Of a DNA stretch of 64,000 nt, positions 21,143 to 33,138 are shown piece by piece (within the stretch, counting starts at the first letter, position 1; each line of letters begins with the position of its first letter). The translations under genes and the position numbers were made by a program. This DNA is from an uncultured Verrucomicrobiae bacterium (lineage in GTDB: Bacteria; Chlamydiota; Chlamydiia; Chlamydiales; Rhabdochlamydiaceae). The notes below the pieces were generated by a model. The model saw nothing but the letters and a program-made list of their open reading frames with translations, did not search any database and was not told the origin of the DNA. The stretch is taken from NCBI GenBank assembly GCA_963718565.1, contig OY970364.1:224001-288000 (forward strand), read 5' to 3'.

Positions 21143-21248
21143 AGCACCCATGCTACTTCCCAGCAGCTAACTTCCCGAAATCATAGCGGAAAGCGCCCCT
21201 TTCCAGCTACCGCGATCTATCGTCATTTATCGCACTTTTTTGTATGCC

Positions 21249-21272
21249 AGTGGTCCACAAATGGTCCACGGA
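21249..21272 (+). repeat. Putative arm-binding site type A (distal end of element 3)
   Basis: Identical to 47477-47500 and 6497-6520. Confidence 0.75.
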
Positions 21273-21273
21273 A

Positions 21274-22644
21274 TTAGATTGATCTATAGGCATGAAGAGC
21301 TTCTTTTGCTGCCTTTTCATGATTGGTCATTGGAGCTGGATATTTTTTGCATCCAGCACGGTACTTTTCCTCATACCACGCATGAATGGCTTTAGGCGGG
21401 AAATCGCGAAGTTCAGGAATCCACTTTTTAATATAAGTACATTCAGGATCGAATTTCTTCTGCTGGTTCCAAGGATTGAAAATGCGAAAATAAGGCTGGG
21501 CATCGCTCCCAGTGCTAGCTACCCATTGCCAATTTCCATTATTTACAGCAGGGTCGTAATCAACCAAGCTTTGCGCAAAGTATTTTTCACCCCATCTCCA
21601 ATCGATGTGTAAGTCTTTGATGAGAAATGAGGCTGCAATCATTCGAACGCGGTTATGCATAAAACCTGTTTCGTTCATCTCTCTCATTCCTGCATCGACA
21701 ATCGGAAAACCGGTAGAGCCTTCGCACCATCGTTGATAAGCTTTTTTGTTATAGGACCACTTGAGCTTATCAAATTTGGGATGGAAAGCACCCTGAAAGA
21801 CGTGAGGAAAGAAAAATGCAATCGATGTAAAAAAGTCTCTCCAGTAGAGAGCTCGGATCAGCTCGTGGTGCGGACTTAAATTACGGCAGATTGCCGCATA
21901 AACTTCGCGAGGAGAGCAGACGGTGAATTTCAGATAAGGAGAGAGATGTGTAGAGTATTCTTCTGCTGGAAAATCTCTCAGGCTTCCATATTTACCAAAA
22001 GAACCTAACTTTTTGAGAATTTTGAGAGCCTCCGACCTTCCTCCGATCAACTCATTCTCTACAGTTGGCTTGGGAAAGGACGACTTATCTTCTGCAAAAG
22101 GGATCGATCCGCGGAAGTAGTTGGTCCCTTTGGTTTGCATGGGAGGCAATACTTTCTGTTTTGAAGCATTGCGAAAATAGGGTGTGAAAATTGAGTAAGG
22201 CTTTCCATCTTTTTTCAGAGTCTCTTCAGGTGGATGAAGGAGAGCATCATCGAATGAATAAAATGGAATGTGGTCTGTTTTGCAGACTTTTTCGAGCTTT
22301 TTGTCTCTTTGAAGGCTGTAGGGAGTATAGTCCCGATTTACGATCAAAGCCTCGATGTTGAGTTCGCGAATACATTTGCTTACAACTTCTTCGGGCTTTC
22401 CCTTAAAAAAGAAGAGCTTACCTCCTTTTTTCTTCAGCTGGTTTTCGAGATCTTTGAGAGATTCAATCATAAATTTCAGGCAATGATCGCTTCTAAAAGG
22501 ATTTCTCTCGATTTGTTCTGGCGTGAAAATGAAGGCAGGAATGACAACTTCCGAAGACTTCAACGCAAAAATAAGCCCTGTATTATCCTCAAGTCGCAAA
22601 TCGCGCCTGAATAAAAAGAGGGATTTTCGAAATTTCTTCTCCAT
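21274..22644 (-). CDS. phr: Deoxyribodipyrimidine photolyase
   Basis: FRRDLRLEDN, TGFPIVDAGMR, GFMHNRVRM, DYDPAVNNGNWQW, PYFRIFNP. Confidence 0.95.
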   Translation of the reverse strand: MEKKFRKSLFLFRRDLRLEDNTGLIFALKSSEVVIPAFIFTPEQIERNPFRSDHCLKFMIESLKDLENQLKKKGGKLFFFKGKPEEVVSKCIRELNIEALIVNRDYTPYSLQRDKKLEKVCKTDHIPFYSFDDALLHPPEETLKKDGKPYSIFTPYFRNASKQKVLPPMQTKGTNYFRGSIPFAEDKSSFPKPTVENELIGGRSEALKILKKLGSFGKYGSLRDFPAEEYSTHLSPYLKFTVCSPREVYAAICRNLSPHHELIRALYWRDFFTSIAFFFPHVFQGAFHPKFDKLKWSYNKKAYQRWCEGSTGFPIVDAGMREMNETGFMHNRVRMIAASFLIKDLHIDWRWGEKYFAQSLVDYDPAVNNGNWQWVASTGSDAQPYFRIFNPWNQQKKFDPECTYIKKWIPELRDFPPKAIHAWYEEKYRAGCKKYPAPMTNHEKAAKEALHAYRSI

Positions 22645-22646
22645 TT

Positions 22647-24080
22647 TTATCCCTTTGCGATGTGCTTTGCCAATTGGCTAAAAATAAGAGCATGAAACGG
22701 GTAAAGACTATACCAATAAAACCTACCCCAGACTCCATTGGGACGAAAAGAGGCTGTTTGTTTCAGAGTCCCTCCTGTTTCATGAGGGATGATCTCAAAT
22801 TCAAGCCACGCTTCACCTGGCAATTTCATTTCAGCATAGAGAAGCAAGCGTCGATTTTTTTCATCTGCTAACAAAACGCGCCAGAAATCGAGAGCGTCTC
22901 CTACTTTTAGCCGCGTCGGATGAGTTCTGCCTCGGCGCAGCCCAATTCCTCCCACCAATTTATCCAGAAAACCCCTGAGTTTCCAAGCCCAATTCATTGC
23001 AAGCCAACCCCGATCTCCGCCTAGAGACCAAATCCGTTTTTGCACTTGTTCTATAGGACAAGAAAAAGGAATGATCCGTCTATCGCTCAAGATGCCGAAT
23101 TTAGGAACGTGGACATAAATGGAAAGATCGGGATTTAAAGCGGAGCCGCTTAAAGTATCTTTCCAGCTTGAAGGTACCCAATCTTCTTCGGTACGGGTAA
23201 AAGCCAGTTGCAGCGCCTCTTCATAAGAGAGTAGTTTTCTAGGAAAAAGCGTTTGAATTCGGTTTTCTTTGCAAACCGCATTATTAATGAGACTTTCGAC
23301 TAGGAAACGGGCAAGTGAAAAGCTTGTGCTAGTCACAAAGAAAAGCCAGTAGGAGGAGAGGCGCGGTGTAAGAACGGGAACCGTAAAAATTTTCCGCTTC
23401 AACCCCCGCATTTTAGCGAAATTTAATAGAAGGTCTTTGTAGCTCATGACATCAGGTCCTCCGATCTCAAAAGATTGACCAAAGCAGGCAGGATTGCCCA
23501 AAACAAGCGTCAGATAAGCTAGAACATCGCTTATGGCGATCGGTTGGGTGAGCTGCTTAAGCCATTTTGGGGCAATCATAATGGGCAGTTTTTCAACCAA
23601 GTCTCGGATAATTTCAAATGAAGCACTTCCTGAACCGATGATGATTCCAGCCATTAAAATAGTCACAGGAACTTTTCCTTCTCGGAGGATTTCTCCTACC
23701 CTTTTTCTCGAGGTTAAATGACGGGAAAGATGGGCTTCATTTGAGAGACCGCTCAAGTAGATGATTTGTTTCGCTTGTGTATTTTCCAATCGACTCACAA
23801 AATTTTTTGCTGAAGCAGCTTCTAATTCGGAAAATTTTTGCGAATAACTCATTGAATGGACTAGATAGTAAGCTACATCGATATCATCCGGAATCTTTAG
23901 CAAAGAGGAAGGATTAAGGAGATCAGCTTCAATGACATGAAGTTGAGATTGAAATTTCTCGGGAATTTCAATTCGAGAACGGCTTCTTACCAGGGCATAG
24001 ATCTCATGCCCCTCCTCTACCAAACGAGGAAGAAGGCGAGTTCCAATATACCCATTAGCTCCAGTAAGTAAGATTTTCAT
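22647..24080 (-). CDS. SDR oxidoreductase with DUF2867 (YbjT-like)
   Basis: TGANGYIG, YYLVHSM, HL.SR; C-terminal LDFWRV..LLYAEMKLPGEAWLEF. Confidence 0.88.
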   Translation of the reverse strand: MKILLTGANGYIGTRLLPRLVEEGHEIYALVRSRSRIEIPEKFQSQLHVIEADLLNPSSLLKIPDDIDVAYYLVHSMSYSQKFSELEAASAKNFVSRLENTQAKQIIYLSGLSNEAHLSRHLTSRKRVGEILREGKVPVTILMAGIIIGSGSASFEIIRDLVEKLPIMIAPKWLKQLTQPIAISDVLAYLTLVLGNPACFGQSFEIGGPDVMSYKDLLLNFAKMRGLKRKIFTVPVLTPRLSSYWLFFVTSTSFSLARFLVESLINNAVCKENRIQTLFPRKLLSYEEALQLAFTRTEEDWVPSSWKDTLSGSALNPDLSIYVHVPKFGILSDRRIIPFSCPIEQVQKRIWSLGGDRGWLAMNWAWKLRGFLDKLVGGIGLRRGRTHPTRLKVGDALDFWRVLLADEKNRRLLLYAEMKLPGEAWLEFEIIPHETGGTLKQTASFRPNGVWGRFYWYSLYPFHALIFSQLAKHIAKG

Positions 24081-24092
24081 AGTCTACTCTGG

Positions 24093-25130
24093 CTAAGGGG
24101 TTAATATCACTTTCAACGCTTTTTGTTCAGCAGCATGACCAAAGACTTCATAAGCTCGCATAGCATCTGCTAAGGCAAAATGATGAGTGATCAACTTCTC
24201 TGGCTGTAGTTGATCATTTTCGACGAGACGCAATAAATTAGGGATAGAAAAGGTATCTACTAGAGCTGTCGTGAGAGTTATATTTCGATCCCAAAGTTTT
24301 TCGAGGTGTAAGTCCACGCTTTTTCCATGGACGCCAATGTTCGCGAGATAGCCTCCAGGAGCGAGGATCGCTTGGCATATGTTAAAGGCTTCGGGGGTGC
24401 CGACTGCTTCTACTGAAACATCCACCCCTTTTTGGCGAGTGTGTTCTAAAATCTTTAGCACAGCTTTCCCGTCTCTCCCGTTGATAGTTAGGGTCGCTCC
24501 TAGTTTTTTGGCTACCTCTAAGCGAAAATCATCTACATCCACCAAGATGATTTGGCTGGGAAAGTAGAATTGGGCTGTCAATAAAACGGCTAAACCTATT
24601 GGCCCTGCGCCTATAATCGCGACAGTATCGCCCAATTTTATTTGTCCCTTTAAAACTCCTGCTTCGTAGCCCGTTGGGAAAATATCGCTCAACAAGACAA
24701 GTGCTTCCTCATTTAGATGCGGAGGGAGCTGATGAAGGCTTGTGTCAGCGTAAGGAATGCGTACATATTCAGCTTGGGTTCCATCAATGCGGTGTCCGAG
24801 CAGCCATCTTCCATCAGAACAGTGGGAGTACATTTTCTCTTTGCAATGAGCGCAGCGTCCACAAGAAGTAATGCAAGAAATAAGGACTTTATCTCCTATT
24901 TTAAAATCTAAAACTCCTTCTCCAATTGCTTCAATAACGCCGATTCCTTCATGTCCCAGTGTGCGGCCTACGTCAACTGTAGGGACGTCGCCTTTACAGA
25001 TATGAAGATCTGTGCCGCAAATCGTTGTTTTCAAAATTTTCACAAGGCAGTCTGTCGGTTTTTCAAGGCGGGGTTTAGGCTTTTCTTCGAGGGCGAGTTT
25101 CCCAGGACCACGATATACGACTGCTTTCAT
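24093..25130 (-). CDS. Zinc-dependent alcohol dehydrogenase
   Basis: ICGTDLH, GHEG, CGRC..C......C, GAGPIG. Confidence 0.92.
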   Translation of the reverse strand: MKAVVYRGPGKLALEEKPKPRLEKPTDCLVKILKTTICGTDLHICKGDVPTVDVGRTLGHEGIGVIEAIGEGVLDFKIGDKVLISCITSCGRCAHCKEKMYSHCSDGRWLLGHRIDGTQAEYVRIPYADTSLHQLPPHLNEEALVLLSDIFPTGYEAGVLKGQIKLGDTVAIIGAGPIGLAVLLTAQFYFPSQIILVDVDDFRLEVAKKLGATLTINGRDGKAVLKILEHTRQKGVDVSVEAVGTPEAFNICQAILAPGGYLANIGVHGKSVDLHLEKLWDRNITLTTALVDTFSIPNLLRLVENDQLQPEKLITHHFALADAMRAYEVFGHAAEQKALKVILTP

Positions 25131-25158
25131 CTTTTTACTTCCTATAAGTCGAGTGGAT

Positions 25159-27776
25159 TCATTTTCTTTGAGCCTTTGTATGCTTTTTATTTTTCAGAAT
25201 TTCCTGCTCCGCTTGTCTCCAATCCTGATCCGCTAGACCGTCCTGGTGGCCTCGCTGCTCATATAGTTCGTAGGCGCGTTTAGAGATCTGTGAGGTTAAA
25301 TCAGAGGATGTCATGGATTTAACTGGATCAAAAATCCGATAGGCAAGCCATTTTACTTGATCATTTAGGAGGAACCATACAATGGCATAGCCCCAAACAA
25401 AACCGGCCCATTTCCAGCCTAGAGGAGTCATAAGTAGCCCATAAACAGCAATCAAAGTCGCTATCATTTGCGTGCCGAGGACTGCTCCCCATAAAATATT
25501 TGCAGGTCGGATAGTCCAGAACGGACCCCGAGTACGCGTCAGGAAAATCGTCAGGTGCCCGGCTACGGATAATTTCAAATACATCAGCGTTTGGATATGT
25601 GGACGGTCAAGATGAAAGACGCGCTCGCCAAGATAAAATAAACCGAAGGCAGACACGACGCCGATGAGGCCCAAGGCTGTGGCAACCCCAAGCACCATCT
25701 TCATGTTCCATCCTTCAGGCTGATTCTTATAGTGAACATTGTCATAGGCAATAGATAGAATGGCGCCGTCGTTGAGCAATGCCAGCATCACGATCATCAC
25801 AGCTGTCAATGGATAGAAATTAAAGATCAGAATGGCCAGCGTCATGAAAAACAGCACGCGCAGCGTCTCGGCAATCCGATAGATCGCGTAGCTGTTCATT
25901 CGTTGAAAAATTTTTCGGCTCTCCTTGATCGCATCAATGATTACAGAGAGGCCTGGAGTTAGCAACACAATGGCCGCTGCCGCGCGCGCTGCGTCCGTCG
26001 CGCTTGAAACAGCGATGCCGCAGTCGGCTTTTTTCAGTGCAGGAGCGTCATTCACTCCATCGCCCGTCATACCAACGATATGGCCTCGTTTTTGCAGGAC
26101 ATCTACAATATGAAACTTGTGTTCAGGAAACACCTGGGCAAAACCGTCAGCCTTCTCGATCGACTCGGCAACTTGAGCTGTCTCTTGCTTCTTGACATCG
26201 CCAAGGCCGGTAGCATCGAGAATGTCTGTGCCCATTCCTAATTTTTTAGCAGTTTCCTTGGCAATGGCCAGTTGATCACCCGTGACCATCTTGACTTTCA
26301 CACCCATTTGAGTTGCGGTCTCAATGGTTGCCTTAGCATCTTCTCTCGGTGGATCGAACAGGGGTAATACGCCAAGAAACTGCCATCCTCCCTCTCCATC
26401 TGCCGGGCTACTCCAAGCGATCGAAATCCACGTGCTGCGAATTCATTGACGGCTTTTTCAACTTCAGCTTTTACTTGGGCCGCATTAGCCGATAAGGCCA
26501 AAATCACTTGAGGCGCCCCCTTGGTCACCTTGAACTCTTTACCATCCTGGCCTTTGATAACGGCTTCGGTCCGTTTATGCACCGCATCAAACGGCTGAAA
26601 ATGGACCATTTGATAACCCTTCAATGCATCTTTATTTTTTAAACCGCCCAAAACAGCGAGATCAATGGTGTCGTTATTTTCCGCGCGCGATGCAAGAGCG
26701 GCATAGAGAATCACTTGCTCAGCGGGGATATTATTTACGCTGAACGGATCGCCGAGTGTTAGCTTGTTCTGGGTCAAAGTGCCGGTCTTGTCCGCACACA
26801 GGATGTCTACGCCTGCCAACTCCTCGATAGCCACGAGCCGACTCACAATCGCTTGTTTTTTGGCGAGCAAGCGAGCCCCGACCGCCATTGTTACAGACAA
26901 TACCGTTGGCATTGCTACGGGGATCGAAGCAACGGTCAGGACTAAGGCAAACTGCAGCGTGGTGAGGATCGGATCTCCTCGGAAGATCGCAACGGTTATG
27001 ATTCCCGCAACCAAAACGCCTGCGAGAATGATCAGATAATTGCCGATCTTCAAAACCGCTTTTTGAAAATGACTAACTGTGTGCGCTTCTTGTACTAGTT
27101 GTGCCGTTTTACCGAAGTAGGTATTCATACCGGTTCCGTAGACGAATGCTTCGATTTCTCCTTGCCGGACAATCGACCCTGAAAACACCGACTCTCCAGA
27201 TTTGCGTGTGACAGGCAATGATTCTCCCGTCAAAGCAGACTGATCTACTTCGACAGGATCGCCATCTAGAAGCTTTGCATCCGCAGGTACAATGTCGCCC
27301 GAGCGCAATCGGATAACGTCTCCTGGAACCAACTCGCGTGCCGCCGGAGTGATCCACTTTCCATCGCGCTTCACTCGGGCCTTGACCGCAAGCTGGGCTT
27401 TCAGGGCAGCAATAGCGCCTGCTGCCTTATGTTCTTCCCAGAATCCGACTACTGCATTGGCAAGAAGTAAAAGGAGAATAATGAAAAAATCTGGCCAGTG
27501 GCGAACCACGCCGGATAGAATCACCGCTATTTCAATCATCCATGGGATAGGTCCCCAAAAATAGCTAAGAAATTTTAGAAATAGATTCGTTTTCTTTTCT
27601 TCGATCTCGTTAGACCCGTATTGAGTCAGCCGTTTTGCCGCTTCAGCTTCAGTAAGGCCATCAGGAGAGAATCCCAATTTTTTCTTAACCTCTTCCAGAG
27701 AGAGGGATTTTAGATCCTCATTCGCATTGGGATTTTTCAATACTGGAGCTTTAGGTTTATCGGCATTAGGTTCCAT
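25159..27776 (-). pseudogene. P3A-type H+-exporting ATPase with a C-terminal DUF2934-like tail; one frameshift at ~26403
   Basis: TGES, DKTGT, GDGVNDAP; adding one G (CGG GCA) joins the two ORFs through LPLFDPPR. Confidence 0.85.
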
Positions 27777-30146
27777 TATTTAAAGTTACCCCACTTCCAA
27801 TTCCGGATTTCCGGCATGTCTTGACCGTGCTTGTCGATGTAGTGTTTGTGTTCGATGAGCTTGTCCTGCATCATCTGTTTGAGATAGGCCCCCTTAGCTC
27901 CCAAATTCGCTAGCCTGTCGATCACGTCTTGCACTAGATGAAAGCGGTCCAGGTCATTCTGAACCCGCATGTCAAAAGCTGTGGTGATTGTACCTTCTTC
28001 CTTGTAGCCTCGAACATGCAGATTTCTGTTGGTTCGGCGATACGTTAGTCGGTGGATCAGCGTGGGATATCCATGGAAGCCGAAGATGATGTGCTTATCT
28101 TTTGTAAAAAGAGAATCGTAATCCATCTCAGAGAGGCCGTGCGGATGCTCGCTTTGGGACTGGAGCTTCATCAAATCGACGACATTGACCACACGGATTT
28201 TCAGATCGGGCAGATGCTCGCGGAGGATGGAAACGGCAGCCAAGATTTCCAGTGTGGGTGTATCTCCGCAGCAGCCCATCACTACATCAGGCTCGGCATC
28301 CTGGTCGTTGCTAGCCCATTGCCAGATGCCAATTCCTTCTGTGCAGTGCACAACTGCAGCATCCATAGTCAGCCATTGAGGGAGAGGGTGTTTGCCCGCA
28401 ACTACCACATTGACGTAGTTGCGGCTGCGCAAACAGTGATCAAATACCGACAAGAGGCAGTTGGCATCAGGCGGCAGGTAAACCCGCACAATAGTAGCCT
28501 TTTTGTTGATCACGTGGTCGAGAAATCCGGGATCTTGATGCGTAAAGCCGTTATGATCCTGCTGCCAGACGTGAGAGGCGAGCAGGTAATTCAGGGAAGC
28601 GATCTTCCGGCGCCAAGGCAATTCTAAGCACACTTTCAGCCACTTAGCATGCTGGCTAAACATCGAATCGACAATGCGGATGAACGCCTCATAACTATTG
28701 AATAGACCGTGCCGCCCGGTCAGCAGATATCCTTCTAACCAACCTTCGCACTGGTGCTCGCTGAGCATTGAATCCAGCACTTGCCCTGCGGGTGCGAGGA
28801 ACTCATCACTATTTACTTCCCTCGCATCCCACTGACGGTTGGTGACTTCAAAGACGGCGCCCAAGAGATTCGAAAGCGTCTCATCTGGCCCGAAGATCCG
28901 AAAATTCCGTTGATCCTGATTCAATTTGGCTATGTCACGCAGAAAATTTCCCAATACGAGAGTATCTTGACCCTCAACAGCACCAGGCGCTGGCACATTG
29001 ACTGCGTGTTCATGAAAGTCCGGCATGCGCAAATCACGCAGCAGCAGACCGCCGTTGGCGTGAGGATTCGCTCCCATCCGCCGGTTACCTTTCGGCGCCA
29101 GTTCAGCCAATTCCGGTATAAGCTTTCCATTCTTATCAAATAATTCTTCTGCTTTGTAGCTCTTCATCCAGCTTTCAAGTTGCTGGACGTGCTCAGGATG
29201 CTCGGGGTTTACTAGAATCGGTACCTGGTGCGCTCGAAACGTGCCTTCAATTTGCAACCCATCGACGATTTTAGGCCCTGTCCAGCCTTTAGGCGATCTC
29301 AGGACAATCATTGGCCATCGCCGTCTTGTGGTGTCGTTTTTACTGCGTGCATTGTCTTGGATTTGGTGAATGTCTTCGATTGCCTTTTCCATAGACGCAG
29401 CCATGAGTTGATGCATCAACTCCGGTTCACAGCCTTCTACAAAGTAGGGCGTCCAGCCGCAGCCTCGTAAAAATTGCTCCAATTCCTCATGCTCGATGCG
29501 AGCCAAAACGGTTGGGTTGCTGATCTTATAGCCATTGAGGTGGAGGATTGGCAGCACAGCTCCATCAGTAATGGGATCGAGAAATTTATTGGACTGCCAC
29601 GCTGTTGCCAAAGGACCTGTTTCCGCTTCGCCGTCGCCAATGACACAGGCGACAATTAGATCGGGGTTGTCAAACACGGCTCCAAAGGCATGGCTAAGTG
29701 AATACCCCAGCTCGCCGCCTTCATGAATCGACCCTGGAGTTGTTGGGGCAACATGGCTGGAAATTCCGCCTGGAAACGAGAATTGCTTGAACAGCTTTTG
29801 CATTCCCGTTTCGTCTTGGCTGATATCCGGATAAATCTCACTATAGGAACCTTCGAGATATGTATTGGCTACGAGAGCCGGACCTCCATGGCCGGGACCT
29901 GCGATGTAAAACATATTCAGATCATATTTCTTGATCACCCGGTTCAAATGCACATAGATGAAATTCTGGCCTGGCGTTGTTCCCCAATGTCCGACCACGA
30001 GGGGCTTCACATCAGACAATGAATAGCGGCCGCTTTAGCAATGGATTATCGTAGAGATAAATCTGACCTACCGATAAATAGTTGGCGGCCCGCCAATAGG
30101 CATCCATCCTATGAAGTAGTTCTGGTGAAAGAATATTTATTGTCAT
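27776..30146 (-). pseudogene. xfp: Phosphoketolase; one frameshift at ~30022
   Basis: N-terminal [15 protein letters not shown] is out of frame with [28 protein letters not shown]. Confidence 0.88.
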
Positions 30147-31356
30147 GGCTCTACTTCCTTTGTTCCAAGACCTGAGAGCGCGGCAAACCGTCTTGGCTAT
30201 CATCCATTCTTCGTCCGTACGAATGACGCGAACCGCAACGCGGCTCTTGCCGGAAGAAATTACACCCTCATTCGCACTGTTTTGCTTTTCTTCGAGTTCG
30301 ATTCCAAGAAATTCCAGGCCTTTGCAAATCCTAGCCCGTACAATAGGTGCATTCTCTCCGATGCCGCCAGCGAACACTAGCGTATCCAGACCACCTAAAG
30401 CCGCTGCGAATGAGCCAATCCATTTCTTAACCTGGTAACAGAAGAGCGCTATAGCTTCAGCAGCCCGCACGTCCTTTGCTTCAGCTTTCAGCAAGTCATG
30501 CATGTCGGAACTGGTCTCCGATATTCCGAGCAGTCCGGACTTGGAAATTGACCATTTCATTGAAACGTTTTGCATCGAATCCATCGGTACGCGCCAAATA
30601 CCAGACCAGTCCAGGATCGAGATCGCCAGAACGGGTGCTCATCGGCACCCCGGCAGTCGGCGTGAAACTCATACTTGTATCTATGGATTTGCCGTCTCGT
30701 ACGGCTGCTAGGCTCGCGCCATTCCCAAGGTGAGCAAGAATGACTCGGCCTTGTGCCGCTTCTAATCCTGCAAGGCGGCCTAATTCCCCAACAAGAAACT
30801 CGTACGACAGCCCATGAAACCCATATCGTCTCACCCCTTGCGTTTCAAAGCGTCGCGGGATCGGCAACATTTTAGCCACGCGAGGCAGGTCATGATGAAA
30901 AGCAGTATCGAAACAAGCCCATTGGGGCAAATCAGGAAACCTACGATGAAACGCCTCAACGAGCAGGATCTCCTCCGGCATATGTTCAGGATCAAAAGAC
31001 TCGAGGCTGTGCAGATCTTCAATCATTTTTGAAGTGATTCGCTCCGGTTTCCAATACTTCGGACCGCCATGCACCATGCGATGCCCTACCGCAGCCAATG
31101 CATCGTGCTGACTGCGCTGCTCGATCCAATCCATTAGGAAGCCCACTGCTGCTGTATGATCTGTCGCCGCTATCGGTCTTGAGAAATTGTCCGCCGGGTT
31201 TACACCCTTCACTCGCAAAGCAGCGTCAGGCAATCCAATCCGCTCGATTGTGCCTTCTAGAATCCGTTGAAGAGAGTCATCCACTTCAAACAGCGCAAAC
31301 TTGATGCTCGAAGAGCCGCCATTGATCGTCAGGACGCGCGATTTAGCTGGTTTCAT
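30143..31356 (-). pseudogene. ackA: Acetate kinase; frameshifts at ~30543 and probably ~30174
   Basis: INGGSSSIK, GHRMVHGG, FDTAFH, RRYGFHG, HLGNGAS; second frame [15 protein letters not shown]. Confidence 0.88.
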
Positions 31357-32005
31357 GGATAGCTCCTTCGTAATTATGCAATCCAAACGAAGCTAATTTC
31401 GTACAGGTGGATTTATAATCTGTGTGAAGAATGCTTCGAATCCCCAGCCCTTCAGCGATCTCGACAAACATCGGGGTGTTTTCAATATAGAGCACCTTTT
31501 GAGGCTCCGCTTGAGCGATATCCAACGCAAGCCGAAAAATTTCCTTGTCTGGTTTGCGGATGTGGACGAAGCAGGAAGAAATAAAAGAGTCTATAAAGCG
31601 ATTCAGCTTGAACGTTCGAATCCGATACGCATTTAGTTCTCGCGCTTCGTTGCTAACCACAACGATTTTCAATCCATGCCGAACCTTGAGTTGAGTAACC
31701 ATCTCGATCATCTCAGAATAAGGTTTCGATTGCGCGAACATAAAACGTCGAAACTGAGCCCGAGTGAACGATCGCTTTTGGTAGAAGACCACTAGATTTA
31801 AATATTCTTCTAGAGTGATCTTTCCTTTCTCATAGATTTCGAAGATTAGGTGATGCCGATCTTCTATATCGGAAAACTTGAGTTTGAAGTGGATCGCTGC
31901 CCGTTTGCGGGCATGATGATCCCATCCGTTAGTGAGCAGGACGCCGCCGATATCCAGAAATAAGTGTGTGATTGCCGCATTTTTCATCGCGTTTTTCTTC
32001 GACAT
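31343..32005 (-). CDS. HAD-family phosphatase
   Basis: FLDIGGVL, VVSNE, RKPD..IF. Confidence 0.85.
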   Translation of the reverse strand: MSKKNAMKNAAITHLFLDIGGVLLTNGWDHHARKRAAIHFKLKFSDIEDRHHLIFEIYEKGKITLEEYLNLVVFYQKRSFTRAQFRRFMFAQSKPYSEMIEMVTQLKVRHGLKIVVVSNEARELNAYRIRTFKLNRFIDSFISSCFVHIRKPDKEIFRLALDIAQAEPQKVLYIENTPMFVEIAEGLGIRSILHTDYKSTCTKLASFGLHNYEGAIHETS

Positions 32006-32337
32006 ATCGGGGTTTATTCACTAGTAACGAATTTTTCATCATTTTCTTGTTTTTTTGTAAATGTGCTCTAGCGAATGATAAATCTGCTCCAATTGTTGTA
32101 TCTAAAAAATTGGATAAAAGATCAATAAGAAAGCATACGAGTAAGCGTAGAGGTTGACCTTAAAAAGAGTTGTTTTCATATTTCACACCATGGAACAAAA
32201 AAAGGGTCTTCGAAACTTCATCTCCATTTTTATCCCTTTTTGCACTTCTCCTATTTGGACAAAGTGTCAAATTTTCATAAATCATTAAAAATTAAATAGA
32301 TAAAACATTTCTCCAATCAATCTCTAATCTCGTCTAG

Positions 32338-32393
32338 CTGTTCACTATTTTTGTCTGTTCAATATATATTGAACAGCGTATTATAATGAACAG
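32338..32393 (+). promoter_or_regulatory. Nested palindromic operator over the TA promoter
   Basis: Perfect 22-bp palindrome CTGTTCAATATATATTGAACAG (32355-32376) plus outer CTGTTCA/TGAACAG half-sites about the same centre; TATAAT at 32382-32387. Confidence 0.7.
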
Positions 32394-32406
32394 AAGGAGA
32401 TCGCAA

Positions 32407-33138
32407 ATGAAAGGTCGTTTTCTAGTGAGTTCTAATGAAGATCCGGCAGAAGGGAATGTCTATGCAGACAAGTCTTCCCTTGTTCTTGATTGGCTTCTCC
32501 GAGAAGGACTTTCCAAAGAAAGCTTCTCATTGAGAGAAGTTGTCAAAGAAGTAGGGGTAAGCCTTGGTCTGGTTCAACGTGTTTTCAATATTCTGGTACT
32601 GAAAGGACTTCTTCAAGTTGAAGGAGTAAGAACCTCCAAGAGGTTTTCCTTTAACAAACCAAAAGAACTTCTAGAGAGCTGGTTAGAGCACTATAGCATC
32701 GTGAAAAAATGCAAAATCAGAACGTATCGTTCCGCTCTTTCTGGAAAGTCAGAGTGGTTTAAGGCTTTAAAGAAATCTGGACTCGAGCAAAACGTGATCT
32801 TGGCTCTTCATTCAGCAGCCGAAGCGCTTGGGCTTAAGAATACCAATCTAGAAGGATTAGAATTGTATATCCTTGATCCTTCCCTTAGACCGAAATTAGA
32901 AAGCGCTTTGCAATTAGAGCCGCAAGAAAGAGGGTACGAGGTTTTATTGATCGAGCCTTACTACAAAATGCTGCTTAAGCAAAATGGGAAGGACGGTAAG
33001 AAAATTGGCATTTGCCCACTTCTCCTTACCTTTTTAGATCTTTATCATTTTCCCCTGCGAGGACAAGAACAAGCAGAATTTATAGCTCAGCGAGCGCCTG
33101 AACTGAAACGCATCTACAAAAACCTTAAGAACAAATGA
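32407..33138 (+). CDS. Type IV toxin-antitoxin antitoxin, AbiEi-like
   Basis: N-terminal HTH (SLREVVKEVGVSLGLV), ELLESW, C-terminal LDLYH...RGQEQAE; RBS AAGGAG; coupled to the NTase gene. Confidence 0.7.
   Translation: MKGRFLVSSNEDPAEGNVYADKSSLVLDWLLREGLSKESFSLREVVKEVGVSLGLVQRVFNILVLKGLLQVEGVRTSKRFSFNKPKELLESWLEHYSIVKKCKIRTYRSALSGKSEWFKALKKSGLEQNVILALHSAAEALGLKNTNLEGLELYILDPSLRPKLESALQLEPQERGYEVLLIEPYYKMLLKQNGKDGKKIGICPLLLTFLDLYHFPLRGQEQAEFIAQRAPELKRIYKNLKNK

Noticed and set aside
21180..21208. tRNA-like promoter (AATCATAGCG shared with 47669-47678) reading across att into int2
   Set aside because: Only the -10 matches; no credible -35 at the normal spacing
28052..28627. Long antisense ORFs over xfp, the ATPase and pur genes
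   Set aside because: Shadow frames of well-supported genes on the opposite strand, with no motifs
30012..30584. Apparent AckA-Xfp fusion ORF
   Set aside because: Explained by indels on both sides; correction restores separate, ATGA-coupled genes
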